Positions 45,744 to 54,422 of a stretch of 64,000 nt of DNA are shown piece after piece. The position numbers were made by a program, and so were the translations under genes. Location of the stretch: the NCBI GenBank assembly GCA_900547955.1, contig URIR01000005.1, positions 4,412 through 68,411 of the forward strand, written 5' to 3'. The stretch's first letter is position 1. Each line of letters begins with the position of its first letter. This stretch comes from an uncultured Eubacteriales bacterium (lineage in GTDB: Bacteria > Bacillota > Clostridia > Christensenellales > QALW01). The notes below the pieces were generated by a model. It made no database searches. It worked only from the letters and a program-made list of their open reading frames with translations, and was not told where the DNA came from.

Positions 45744-46022
45744 TAGACAATACAATCAAAATACAATGCGCCGCAGAGGGGAATTTATTGGGTTTTGCTG
45801 CGTTGTCGTCCTTGAAATACGCCCGGTATTTCTGCGTCCTGCCGCCTTGCAAAACCCAATAATTTTCCTCCTCTGCGGTCGGAGATTTTTGCTTGAGAAC
45901 CCGTTGATGGCCGCACGGCGCGCGATTAGAAGGCATACCGGGCGTATTTTTAGGACCGCGCGGCAAAGCGAACGCGGCGGGTTTTTAAGCAAAAGCGCAT
46001 TGTACTTTGATTGTATTGTCTA
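45744..46022. mobile_element. MITE family B, copy 2 (275-bp body, TA/TA flanks)
   Basis: TIRs GACAATACAATCAAAATACAATGCGC ... GCGCATTGTACTTTGATTGTATTGTC. Same orientation as copy 1. Confidence 0.82.
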
Positions 46023-46211
46023 ATTAAGGCATGCAATCTGCTTTTCTTCATTATGTATTTGGTCAAGCAGCAGGCGGCGATGCCGGTCAAGCAATTTGAG
46101 CTGCGCGTTAGAGTTATGTTCCTTTTCCAAATTTAGATATCCTTTTACTGTTTCGCCGCCGCATCCGGAGTCTTTTAGATTTTGAATAAGCTGCTCGGCG
46201 CTGATTGCCAT
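46023..46211 (-). pseudogene. Small ORF truncated by MITE-B copy 2 (MAISAEQLIQNLKDSGCGGETVKG...KQIACLN-stop)
   Basis: Its TAG stop codon is built from the TA duplication plus the first base of the MITE. The frame resumes beyond the element as YLVYQIKKRRYEF. Confidence 0.5.
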
Positions 46212-46375
46212 ATTGGCCGCTTTCTGCTTGAAGGCTTCTCCATAATTAGCGCTGGCGTATAATGGCCGAGCACAGCATGCCTTGTACGTCAATGCTAATA
46301 TTAGAGTATATCAACATATGCAGGAATATCAAATACTTATATTTTATTGTGGACGATAAGTTATTATTATGGAAA

Positions 46376-46652
46376 TACCCTCAGTTTGCAAGGAACAACA
46401 CGCCTCAAAACGGGATAATTTCTTTATTTTCTGCGTTATCCTCAATCAGCGTACTCATAAGTAACGCCTTCTTCGTCTGCCTTGAAAATGAAGGAATTCT
46501 TTTTCTTTGAGGTCTCCAGAATCAGAAGGCATAAAATCTGCGCCGGGTAAAGCGCGCGAACGAGAAATGTATCGGGCGTATATGGAATCAAAGCAGCGCA
46601 GCAGGACGCAAATTTTATGCCTTCTGACCGTCTTCCTTGTAAACTGAGGGTA
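46376..46652. mobile_element. MITE family A, copy C (273-bp body, TA/TA flanks)
   Basis: CCCTCAGTTTGCAAGGAA ... TTCCTTGTAAACTGAGGG. Collinear with copy A. Confidence 0.88.
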
Positions 46653-46737
46653 GTTATCATATATATTATTTTTATTAATACATAGCTTTCATAATTGATT
46701 TTTATAGTATTTATGTTATACTAGTATTACCAGTACA

Positions 46738-46970
46738 TGGAGCGAAAGCAACGCAGCAGGACACAAATTTTATGCTTTCTGAACGTGTAGTTTCTTGTAA
46801 ACTGAGGATACCCTCTGTTTGCAAATTTTCTCATAACAGGATAATTTCTTTATTTTCTGAGCTATATCCAATCGGTACAGCTCAGTACGCTTAATCAGTT
46901 CGTTTTGCAAATGAAGAAATTTTCTGTTATCTGAGCTGCAGAGTTAAAATGCTTAAATCTGCCTCTGTCG
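46738..46970. mobile_element. Two abutting degenerate family-A MITE fragments sharing one TA
   Basis: A right-end fragment ...TTTCTTGTAAACTGAGGA (to 46808), TA at 46809-46810, then a degenerate left half starting CCCTCTGTTTGCAAATT... Confidence 0.6.
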
Positions 46971-47072
46971 TTATTTAATATGCGTCCAATATATACGGTG
47001 TTATTTCATGACGGACGCATATTTATGTATGATTGACCATATATACATTTTTATATAAATGGAGGGATTCGG

Positions 47073-47981
47073 ATGGATTTGCGAGTGCTGCATTATTTTC
47101 TGGCCGTGGCAAGAGAGCAGAGCATTACTGCTGCGGCTGAAAGCCTGCACGTTTCTCAGCCCGCGCTTTCTACTCAGCTTAAGGTTCTGGAGGAGGAGTT
47201 GGGTAAACGTCTGCTTATCCGCGGAACAAAGGGTTCCAGAAAAGTCATTTTAACTGAGGAAGGCATGATTCTGCGAAAGCGTGCCGAAGAGATACTTTCA
47301 CTTGTTCAAAGGACGGAAAAGGAGATTTCCAGTTCGGACGAGGTTATTATGGGGGATGTTTATATAGGCGCCGGAGAGACGGATACTATCCGCTTTATAG
47401 CGAGGGTTGCTAAAAAAATACAGAACCGGCACCCTGATATTCATTACCACGTTTCAAGCGGTAATTCGGAATATGTTTTGGAATCTCTGGATAGAGGGCT
47501 TATTGATTTTGGCCTGCTGTTCAGCAGCATAGATACGCAGAAATATGATTTTATCTCTCTGCCTGTTAAAGATATATGGGGAGTTTTAATGCGCCGGGAT
47601 TCGCCCTTGGCCCAAAAGGAGACTGTTTCTCCTGAGGATTTGTGGGATAAGCCGCTGATTATCTCGCATCAGCGCAACAGCAGTCAGTATTTAGCGGATT
47701 GGTTTAAAAAGGACATGGCTTCTTTACATGTGGTCGCCACCTATAATCTGGTTTTTAACGCGTCCCTGCTGGTGGACGAGGGATTGGGATATGCGCTGAG
47801 CTTTGATAAGCTTATAAACACTCGGGAAAGCGGGCTTTGCTTCAGGCCGCTCTCGCCTAAATTGGAAGCGTCCGCCTATATTGTGTGGAAGAAATATCAG
47901 ATTTTCTCCAAAGCTGCAGGCGCGTTTCTGGAATGCCTGAGGGAGGAGGCGGGCTATGCGGTTCAGGAGGAGAAAGCCTAA
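47073..47981 (+). CDS. LysR-family transcriptional regulator
   Basis: MDLRVLHYFLAVAREQSITAAAESLHVSQPALSTQLKVLEEELG. 302 aa, the canonical length. Confidence 0.88.
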   Translation: MDLRVLHYFLAVAREQSITAAAESLHVSQPALSTQLKVLEEELGKRLLIRGTKGSRKVILTEEGMILRKRAEEILSLVQRTEKEISSSDEVIMGDVYIGAGETDTIRFIARVAKKIQNRHPDIHYHVSSGNSEYVLESLDRGLIDFGLLFSSIDTQKYDFISLPVKDIWGVLMRRDSPLAQKETVSPEDLWDKPLIISHQRNSSQYLADWFKKDMASLHVVATYNLVFNASLLVDEGLGYALSFDKLINTRESGLCFRPLSPKLEASAYIVWKKYQIFSKAAGAFLECLREEAGYAVQEEKA

Positions 47982-48056
47982 TCAATAGAGGCGGACGCAA
48001 AAGACACGTTTGGAGGATATTTTCTTGCCCGGCGCGAATTTTCGGCAAGAAAAAAA

Positions 48057-48100
48057 GTTAGACCCATCATCGACATTTTGTCAAGAATGATGGGTCTAAC
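48057..48100. terminator. Hairpin between convergent genes
   Basis: GTTAGACCCATCAT-16 nt-ATGATGGGTCTAAC. Confidence 0.45.
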
Positions 48101-48144
48101 TGTATTTATAAAAAATCAATGGGTTAAATGCATGGGAAAGCGGA

Positions 48145-49143
48145 TTATTTCAGCGCTTCTTCCACAGCAACAGCGCAGGCCACAGTAGCGCCGACCATGG
48201 GGTTGTTGCCCATGCCGATAAGGCCCATCATTTCCACATGAGCCGGTACTGAGGAGGAACCGGCGAACTGAGCGTCAGAATGCATACGGCCCATGGTGTC
48301 CGTCATGCCATAGCTGGCAGGGCCGGCTGCAACGTTGTCGGGGTGCAGAGTACGTCCGGTACCGCCGCCGCTGGCGACTGAAAAATACTTCTTGCCGTTT
48401 TCTACAGCCCATTTTTTATAGGTGCCGGCAACCGGGTGCTGGAAACGGGTGGGGTTGGTGGAATTGCCAGTTATGGAAACGTCCACTCCTTCTTTTATCA
48501 TTATGGCCACTCCCTCTGAAACGTCGTCCGCGCCGTAAACCTTAACCTTGGCGCGGTCGCCGTCCGAAAATGCCTTTTCGCTTATAACCTTTAATTCTCC
48601 GGTGGAATAGTCGTAAGCTGTTTCAACAGAGGTAAAGCCGTTAATGCGGCTGATTATATATGCGGCGTCCTTGCCCAGGCCGTTAAGGATTACCCTTAGG
48701 GGGTTTTTGCGCACTTTATTAGCCGTTTTGGCTATGCCTATAGCGCCTTCGGCTGCGGCAAAGGATTCGTGCCCGGCAAGGAAGCAGAAACAGTTTGTCT
48801 CTTCTCTCAGAAGCATCGCTCCTAAATTGCCGTGGCCCAGGCCTACGCTGCGCTGGTCGGCGACAGAGCCGGGAATGCAGAAGGCCTGGAGGCCTATGCC
48901 TATGTTTTCAGCGGCTTCCGCAGCGGTTTTGCAGCCGTTTTTAAGAGCTATGGCTGAGCCGAGAGTATAGGCCCAAACAGCGTTTTCAAATGCAATAGGC
49001 TGTATGGAACGGACTATCTGCTCAGCGTCTACGCCTTTTTCCAGAGCGTATTTTTTAACCTGCTCTAAATCGGTAAAGCCGTATTTGGCGAGACATTTGT
49101 TTATTTTGTCAATTCGTCTTTCATATCCTTCAAAGGTTATCAT
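48145..49143 (-). CDS. GGGtGRT-family protein (function unknown)
   Basis: Contains the eponymous motif ...SVASGGGTGRTLHPDN... 332 aa with RBS GGAGGG. Confidence 0.8.
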   Translation of the reverse strand: MITFEGYERRIDKINKCLAKYGFTDLEQVKKYALEKGVDAEQIVRSIQPIAFENAVWAYTLGSAIALKNGCKTAAEAAENIGIGLQAFCIPGSVADQRSVGLGHGNLGAMLLREETNCFCFLAGHESFAAAEGAIGIAKTANKVRKNPLRVILNGLGKDAAYIISRINGFTSVETAYDYSTGELKVISEKAFSDGDRAKVKVYGADDVSEGVAIMIKEGVDVSITGNSTNPTRFQHPVAGTYKKWAVENGKKYFSVASGGGTGRTLHPDNVAAGPASYGMTDTMGRMHSDAQFAGSSSVPAHVEMMGLIGMGNNPMVGATVACAVAVEEALK

Positions 49144-49157
49144 ATTCCGCGTCCCTC

Positions 49158-49850
49158 CTATTGCTTTCTGGGGTCGATTACCTTAACGGCTTCGTTAAAG
49201 CGGCCGTAGGTACCGATAAATTTATTGTACGCTTCATTAGGCTCCATGCCTTTTTTGATAGCCTCCATCATTTTGCCGAGATGAACGAATTTATAGCCTA
49301 TAACCTCGTCGTTCTTATCCAGCCCCATTTCCAGGATATAGCCTTCGGCCATCTCAAGATAGCGCACGCCCTTTTTGTTGGTGGAGAACATTGTGCCCAC
49401 CTGGGAACGCAGGCCTTTGCCTAAATCCTCCAATCCGGCGCCTACGGGCAGTCCGTTCTCAGAAAAGGCGGTTTGAGTGCGGCCGTAAACTATCTGCAGG
49501 AACAATTCGCGCATAGCTACGTTTATAGCGTCGCAGACAAGGTCGGTATTGAGCGCTTCAAGAATGGTCTTGCCGCTTAATACCTCGGCTGCCATAGCGG
49601 CCGAATGAGTCATGCCCGAGCAGCCTAACGTTTCCACAAGCGCTTCCTCAATTATACCGTTTTTTACGTTAAGAGTAAGCTTGCAGGCGCCCTGCTGAGG
49701 CGCGCACCAGCCCACTCCATGGGTAAGTCCGCTTATATCGGTTATTTCCTTGGCGCATACCCACTTTCCCTCTTCAGGAATAGGAGCGGGATTATGCCTG
49801 GCGCCCTTGGCGACGCATATCATCTGCTCAACCTCGTGAGAGTATTGCAT
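49158..49850 (-). CDS. NifU/IscU-like Fe-S scaffold-domain protein, partner of the GGGtGRT protein
   Basis: Cys-bearing IscU-like core (GVGWCAPQQGACKLTL...ETLGCSGMTHSAAMAAEVL.GKT..EA). Lies 14 nt upstream of the GGGtGRT gene. Confidence 0.65.
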   Translation of the reverse strand: MQYSHEVEQMICVAKGARHNPAPIPEEGKWVCAKEITDISGLTHGVGWCAPQQGACKLTLNVKNGIIEEALVETLGCSGMTHSAAMAAEVLSGKTILEALNTDLVCDAINVAMRELFLQIVYGRTQTAFSENGLPVGAGLEDLGKGLRSQVGTMFSTNKKGVRYLEMAEGYILEMGLDKNDEVIGYKFVHLGKMMEAIKKGMEPNEAYNKFIGTYGRFNEAVKVIDPRKQ

Positions 49851-50056
49851 AGACGAGATTCCTCCTTTGTTTATTTTCTTAATGCTTTTACGCCGTTAAG
49901 TTTAACACAGGTTGGCTAAATTGTAAACCGAAACGCAACCTAAGGACGAATGTTAGATTTTCTCATAAAGTGTTATTAATTTTCATTAAATGGATTTTGA
50001 TATGCGGGAGTCTTGCAAAGTTCATTAAAAAATTATCTATATTTTACCGATTTTTC

Positions 50057-50086
50057 TTGACAACGGGGCGTTCCAGCCTTTATTAT
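50057..50086 (+). promoter_or_regulatory. Candidate promoter upstream of hppA
   Basis: TTGACA-18 nt-TATTAT. Implies a ~240-nt leader. Confidence 0.35.
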
Positions 50087-50333
50087 AATAGCATGCAGGG
50101 CGCAGGCTGTATTATGGATTTTTAGATTATCCAAAAATAAAGCAACCGCGTATTTTTGTCCGAACGTCGGCACGGCGGCCGCTATGGAAAGCGCCGCGGC
50201 GCAGTTTAACGGATTGCAGGCGCCTTATATATTCGGCGCAATATGTTAAAATGATGTTCATAATGCAATTTTTTGTTTTTATCTCCTGCATAAAAGCGTA
50301 CCTGCCCATAAAAATTTATATGAGGTGAAAGTC

Positions 50334-52451
50334 ATGGATCTAATGTTCTTTGTGACCCTGACGGCGGTTATCGCTCTGGCCTTTGCGCTTTTTACTGCCG
50401 AGAGGCTGTTAAAGAGGGACAGGGGCCCTGAAGAGGTGAGCCGGATAACAGATATCATCCGCCGCGCCGCCGATGCTTTTCTTAAAAGGCAGTACAGAGG
50501 AGTGGCTGTTTTCTTCGGAGCGGTATTTATAGTGCTCATTATTATGCATTTTGGCTTCGGACTGGGCAATCCCTATACTCCCTTTGCTTTTCTGACGGGC
50601 GGTATTTTTTCGGGACTGGCGGGCTATATCGGCATGAAAATAGCTACCGCTTCAAACGGCAGGACGGTTATGGCTTGCAAAAAAGGCCTCAATCCCGGAC
50701 TGCGCATGGCTTTTTCCAGCGGAACGGTTATGGGTATGGTGGTGGTAGGCCTGGGCCTGCTGGATACCAGTCTCTGGTATACGGTTCTGCGCTATGTATT
50801 TAATGTAAACGACGCGACCCAAATTGCAAATACAATGATATGCTTTGGCATGGGCGCGAGCAGCATGGCCCTTTTTGCAAGGGTAGGCGGCGGTATTTTT
50901 ACCAAAGCTGCCGATGTGGGCGCGGATCTCTGCGGAAAGGTGGAGGCGGGCATTCCAGAGGATGATATACGCAATCCTGCCGTTATAGCCGATAATGTGG
51001 GGGATAATGTAGGAGACGTAGCGGGTATGGGCGCCGATTTATATGAATCCTATGTTGGCTCGGTGCTTTCGGCCAGCGCTTTGGGCGCTTTCGCAGGCCT
51101 GGGGGACAAAGGCTTCTGGGCTCCGTTTATCCTGGCCGTGGCGGGCGTGCTGGCGTCTATTATAGGAACGTTTTTTGTGCGCACAGGTGAAAAGGCTGAC
51201 CAGAAGCAGCTCTTAAGCGCGCTGCGCAAGGGCGTTTATGTGGCGGGAGGCATTATATTAGTGGCCGCGTTTTTTATAATCAGATTTCTGCTGGGAGACG
51301 CGGTTGTAACGCTGCCGGGCGGAGAGGCCTATACTGTCAGCTCCTGGGGACTTTACGGCGCGGTGCTCTGCGGCTTAGTGGGCGGCGTTATAATGGGTAC
51401 GGTAACTGAATTTTACACCTCGGATTCCTATAAGCCTACAAAAAAATTAGCGCAGTCCTCCTCTACCGGGCCGGCTACGGTAATAATAGACGGCTTGGCC
51501 CTGGGTATGAAATCCACGTTTTTTCCAATAATAATAGTAGTAGCCTCAATAGCGGGCAGCTATTATCTGGCCGGCGGCGCGCACAGCAGCAATCTGGGAT
51601 TGTTCGGCGTGGGAATTGCGGCCGTGGGCATGCTTTCCACTCTGGGCATAACTCTTGCTACCGACGCTTACGGGCCTGTGGCCGATAATGCTGGGGGCAT
51701 AGCTCAGATGTCGGGCCAGCCTGAAATTGTGCGGGAGAGAACCGATGCTTTAGACAGCCTGGGCAACACCACGGCCGCTACCGGCAAGGGCTTTGCAATA
51801 GGCTCGGCCGCTTTGACTGCCATAACCCTTATCGCCGCGTTTAAGAGCACGGTAGAGGGCAGCCTCAATTTTACGTTTGATTTAAATCTCTTAAATCCTC
51901 AAGTGCTTATAGGCTTTTTTATAGGGGTAATGCTGCCTTTCCTGTTTTCGTCCATTACCATGCAGGCGGTTGGCCGAGCGGCCAGTAAAATAGTTATGGA
52001 GGTGCGCAGGCAGTTCAGGGAAATAAAGGGCATAATGGAGGGCACGGGCCAGCCTGATTATGAAGCGTGCGTGGATATATGCACTCGTTCGGCTCAAAGA
52101 GAGATGATACTTCCCGCGGTTATAACCGTGCTGGCGCCGGTGATTGTAGGCGTGCTGCTCTCCTTTAACGGCATAGCAGGCATGCTGGCCGGTTCGGCCG
52201 CTTCGGGCTTTGTTATGGCTATTATGATGAGCAACAGCGGCGGAGCCTGGGATAACGCCAAGAAATATATTGAATCGGGACAGCTTGGGGGCAAGGGCTC
52301 TGAATGCCATAAAGCGGCCGTTGTAGGGGATACGGTAGGCGACCCCTTTAAGGATACTGCCGGCCCGTCCATAAATATCCTTATAAAGCTTTTAAGCGTA
52401 GTAGCTATAGTCTTTGCGCCTATTATCAATGCCATTATGGGGCTTTTCTAA
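50334..52451 (+). CDS. hppA: Membrane-integral pyrophosphate-energised cation pump (H+/Na+-PPase)
   Basis: [42 protein letters not shown]. The ATG at 50334 (GAGGTG 6 nt upstream) is preferred over the GTG at 50325. Confidence 0.92.
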   Translation: MDLMFFVTLTAVIALAFALFTAERLLKRDRGPEEVSRITDIIRRAADAFLKRQYRGVAVFFGAVFIVLIIMHFGFGLGNPYTPFAFLTGGIFSGLAGYIGMKIATASNGRTVMACKKGLNPGLRMAFSSGTVMGMVVVGLGLLDTSLWYTVLRYVFNVNDATQIANTMICFGMGASSMALFARVGGGIFTKAADVGADLCGKVEAGIPEDDIRNPAVIADNVGDNVGDVAGMGADLYESYVGSVLSASALGAFAGLGDKGFWAPFILAVAGVLASIIGTFFVRTGEKADQKQLLSALRKGVYVAGGIILVAAFFIIRFLLGDAVVTLPGGEAYTVSSWGLYGAVLCGLVGGVIMGTVTEFYTSDSYKPTKKLAQSSSTGPATVIIDGLALGMKSTFFPIIIVVASIAGSYYLAGGAHSSNLGLFGVGIAAVGMLSTLGITLATDAYGPVADNAGGIAQMSGQPEIVRERTDALDSLGNTTAATGKGFAIGSAALTAITLIAAFKSTVEGSLNFTFDLNLLNPQVLIGFFIGVMLPFLFSSITMQAVGRAASKIVMEVRRQFREIKGIMEGTGQPDYEACVDICTRSAQREMILPAVITVLAPVIVGVLLSFNGIAGMLAGSAASGFVMAIMMSNSGGAWDNAKKYIESGQLGGKGSECHKAAVVGDTVGDPFKDTAGPSINILIKLLSVVAIVFAPIINAIMGLF

Positions 52452-52696
52452 GTCCTTGAGCCTCTGAATTCTGAATCCTGCCGGCAGCTTCCCCGGATTT
52501 TAGGGTATATTTCCCGGCCGGGACGCTTCCGGGAAATAGCCGGCTAAAATATTGATTTTATTGCATAAAGGGCGGGGAGCGCGGTTTAGGCTGCGCTTTG
52601 CGCTTTTTTATCCCGGGAGGCTGTCTTAAGGGCAAATACGCTTTGATTTTTAACGCTGATATGCTATAATTTTAAAAAAGCTGGTGAGGACGAGAT

Positions 52697-53548
52697 ATGA
52701 ATCTGCTTCATTTAAAATATGCGCTTGAGGTGGAAAAAACCCGCTCGATAAATAAAGCGGCGGAGAATTTGTTTATTGGGCAGCCTACTTTGAGCAAAAG
52801 CATAAAAAAGCTGGAGGAGGATTTAGGCTTTATCCTTTTTATACGCACGCCTTCGGGTATTATGCCCACGGCTGACGGCGAGCGCTTTTTGGCTCGGGCG
52901 CATGATATTATGCTTCAGGCGGATGAATTGGAGGCTGAATATAAATCAATGCTGGCCCGCCCCTCCGCTTACGCGCTGACTCTTCCGCGCTGCCCTATGG
53001 CATACAGGGTGCTTAAGCGCTTCGCGGATAAATCAGGCGCGGATATAAAGGCGGATTTCGGCCAGCTTTCCCGCGCGGTACGCAATATTTTGCAGAACAG
53101 CTTTGATATGGCGGTTATACGCTATTGTCCCAAGCTTCAGCCCAACATGACCGAGAGATTGGAGCAGGAGGGCCTGGCCTGGCGTCTGCTGGGGAAAGGG
53201 CGTTTTATGCTCACCTTTAAAGGAACGGAGAAACCTGATATATTAAGCTCAGGCAGCGTACAGGTGGCCTATGAGGACGCTCCGCTGCCTCATTCTGAAA
53301 ACGGCCGGCGCGTTCTGGTTAGAGACAGCGCGGCTCTTTTAAATCTTTTAGAGCTTCCTAATTCCTATTCCTGGATAGTCCCGCTTAATGGAGAGTACGG
53401 GCTGAAACAGGTAAATGAGCCTGTTGGAGAGGAATATGCAGATATGAGCATATGTAAGAGAAGCCGTAATATTACAAAATACGACAAGCTTCTGCTTTCT
53501 TTGTACTGCAAACTGATGGGCTATGAGGAGGAGCCGCTCCGCTTATAG
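52697..53548 (+). CDS. LysR-type regulator (divergent effector domain)
   Basis: HTH LKYALEVEKTRSINKAAENLFIGQPTLSKSIKKLEEDLG. Confidence 0.7.
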   Translation: MNLLHLKYALEVEKTRSINKAAENLFIGQPTLSKSIKKLEEDLGFILFIRTPSGIMPTADGERFLARAHDIMLQADELEAEYKSMLARPSAYALTLPRCPMAYRVLKRFADKSGADIKADFGQLSRAVRNILQNSFDMAVIRYCPKLQPNMTERLEQEGLAWRLLGKGRFMLTFKGTEKPDILSSGSVQVAYEDAPLPHSENGRRVLVRDSAALLNLLELPNSYSWIVPLNGEYGLKQVNEPVGEEYADMSICKRSRNITKYDKLLLSLYCKLMGYEEEPLRL

Positions 53549-53749
53549 CGTTGCAATCATGCATGCAGCAGCTTGATATTAAAAATATATAAAAGGCCAT
53601 GACTGTACGGCGTCGGCGGCTGTTTTATAAGAAAAAAGCAAAATTAAATATTAAATTATCGATAAATGAATATCGATATGCATTTAATGAATTACCCCGA
53701 ATTTCAAATACATGATAAACTGTCATTGAAACTGAAAGGAGGGGTTTTT

Positions 53750-54379
53750 TTGATAAGCGCCGTATCCCGGCAAACTATATCCAGGCTTCCGGTCTATCTG
53801 GGGTACTTACGCTCTTTGGAGGGCTCTGTGCCCACCATTTCCGCAACGGCTATAGCTGAGGCGCTGAATTTAAATGATGTGCAGGTGCGTAAGGATTTAG
53901 CGGCTGTAAGCTCTTCGGGCAAGCCCAAAATAGGCTATGTTACCGCTGATCTTATAGAGGAGCTGGAGAGTTTTCTGGGCTACAACAGTCCAAGCGACGC
54001 CATACTGGCGGGCGCGGGCAAATTGGGCAGGGCGCTTATGTCCTATCAGGGCTTTAACGCTTACGGTCTTAATATTGTAGCCGCCTTTGACACCGATTCG
54101 GGGCTGTATGATACTCAGGAGGCCGGCAAGAGCATTCTGCCGCTGGACCAGATGAAGCCGCTTTGCGAAAAATTAAAGGTGCGCATAGGAATTATAACCG
54201 TTCCGGCCGCCTGCGCGCAGGGTGTATGCGATATGATGGTCAAAAGCGGAATACAGGCCATATGGAATTTTGCGCCTGTCAGGCTGAACGTGCCTGAAGC
54301 CATATTGGTGCAGAATGAAAATATGGCGTCGTCCCTGGCGCTGCTGCGCAGCCATCTCAGAGAGCGCGCCGGATTATAA
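53750..54379 (+). CDS. rex: Redox-sensing transcriptional repressor Rex
   Basis: ISRLPVYLGYLRSL......ISATAIAEAL..NDVQVRKDL plus a Rossmann motif (ILAGAGKLGRAL). TTG start at 53750 has GGAGG 7 nt upstream. Confidence 0.88.
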   Translation: MISAVSRQTISRLPVYLGYLRSLEGSVPTISATAIAEALNLNDVQVRKDLAAVSSSGKPKIGYVTADLIEELESFLGYNSPSDAILAGAGKLGRALMSYQGFNAYGLNIVAAFDTDSGLYDTQEAGKSILPLDQMKPLCEKLKVRIGIITVPAACAQGVCDMMVKSGIQAIWNFAPVRLNVPEAILVQNENMASSLALLRSHLRERAGL

Positions 54380-54422
54380 AATTAACAACTATTTTAAGAT
54401 TTTTTAAAAGGAGATATTACTT

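Noticed and set aside
50087-50333. Long leader upstream of hppA, as a possible riboswitch
   Set aside because: I could not match it to any riboswitch consensus I know, and there is no clear terminator/antiterminator pair. It would need an Rfam/Infernal scan.
53549-54422. Rex operator (TTGTTAA-N4-TTAACAA type) upstream of rex or adhE
   Set aside because: Only a lone TTAACAA half-site (about 54386) and two TATCGATA palindromes (about 53678-53700) were seen. None fits the consensus well enough to call.
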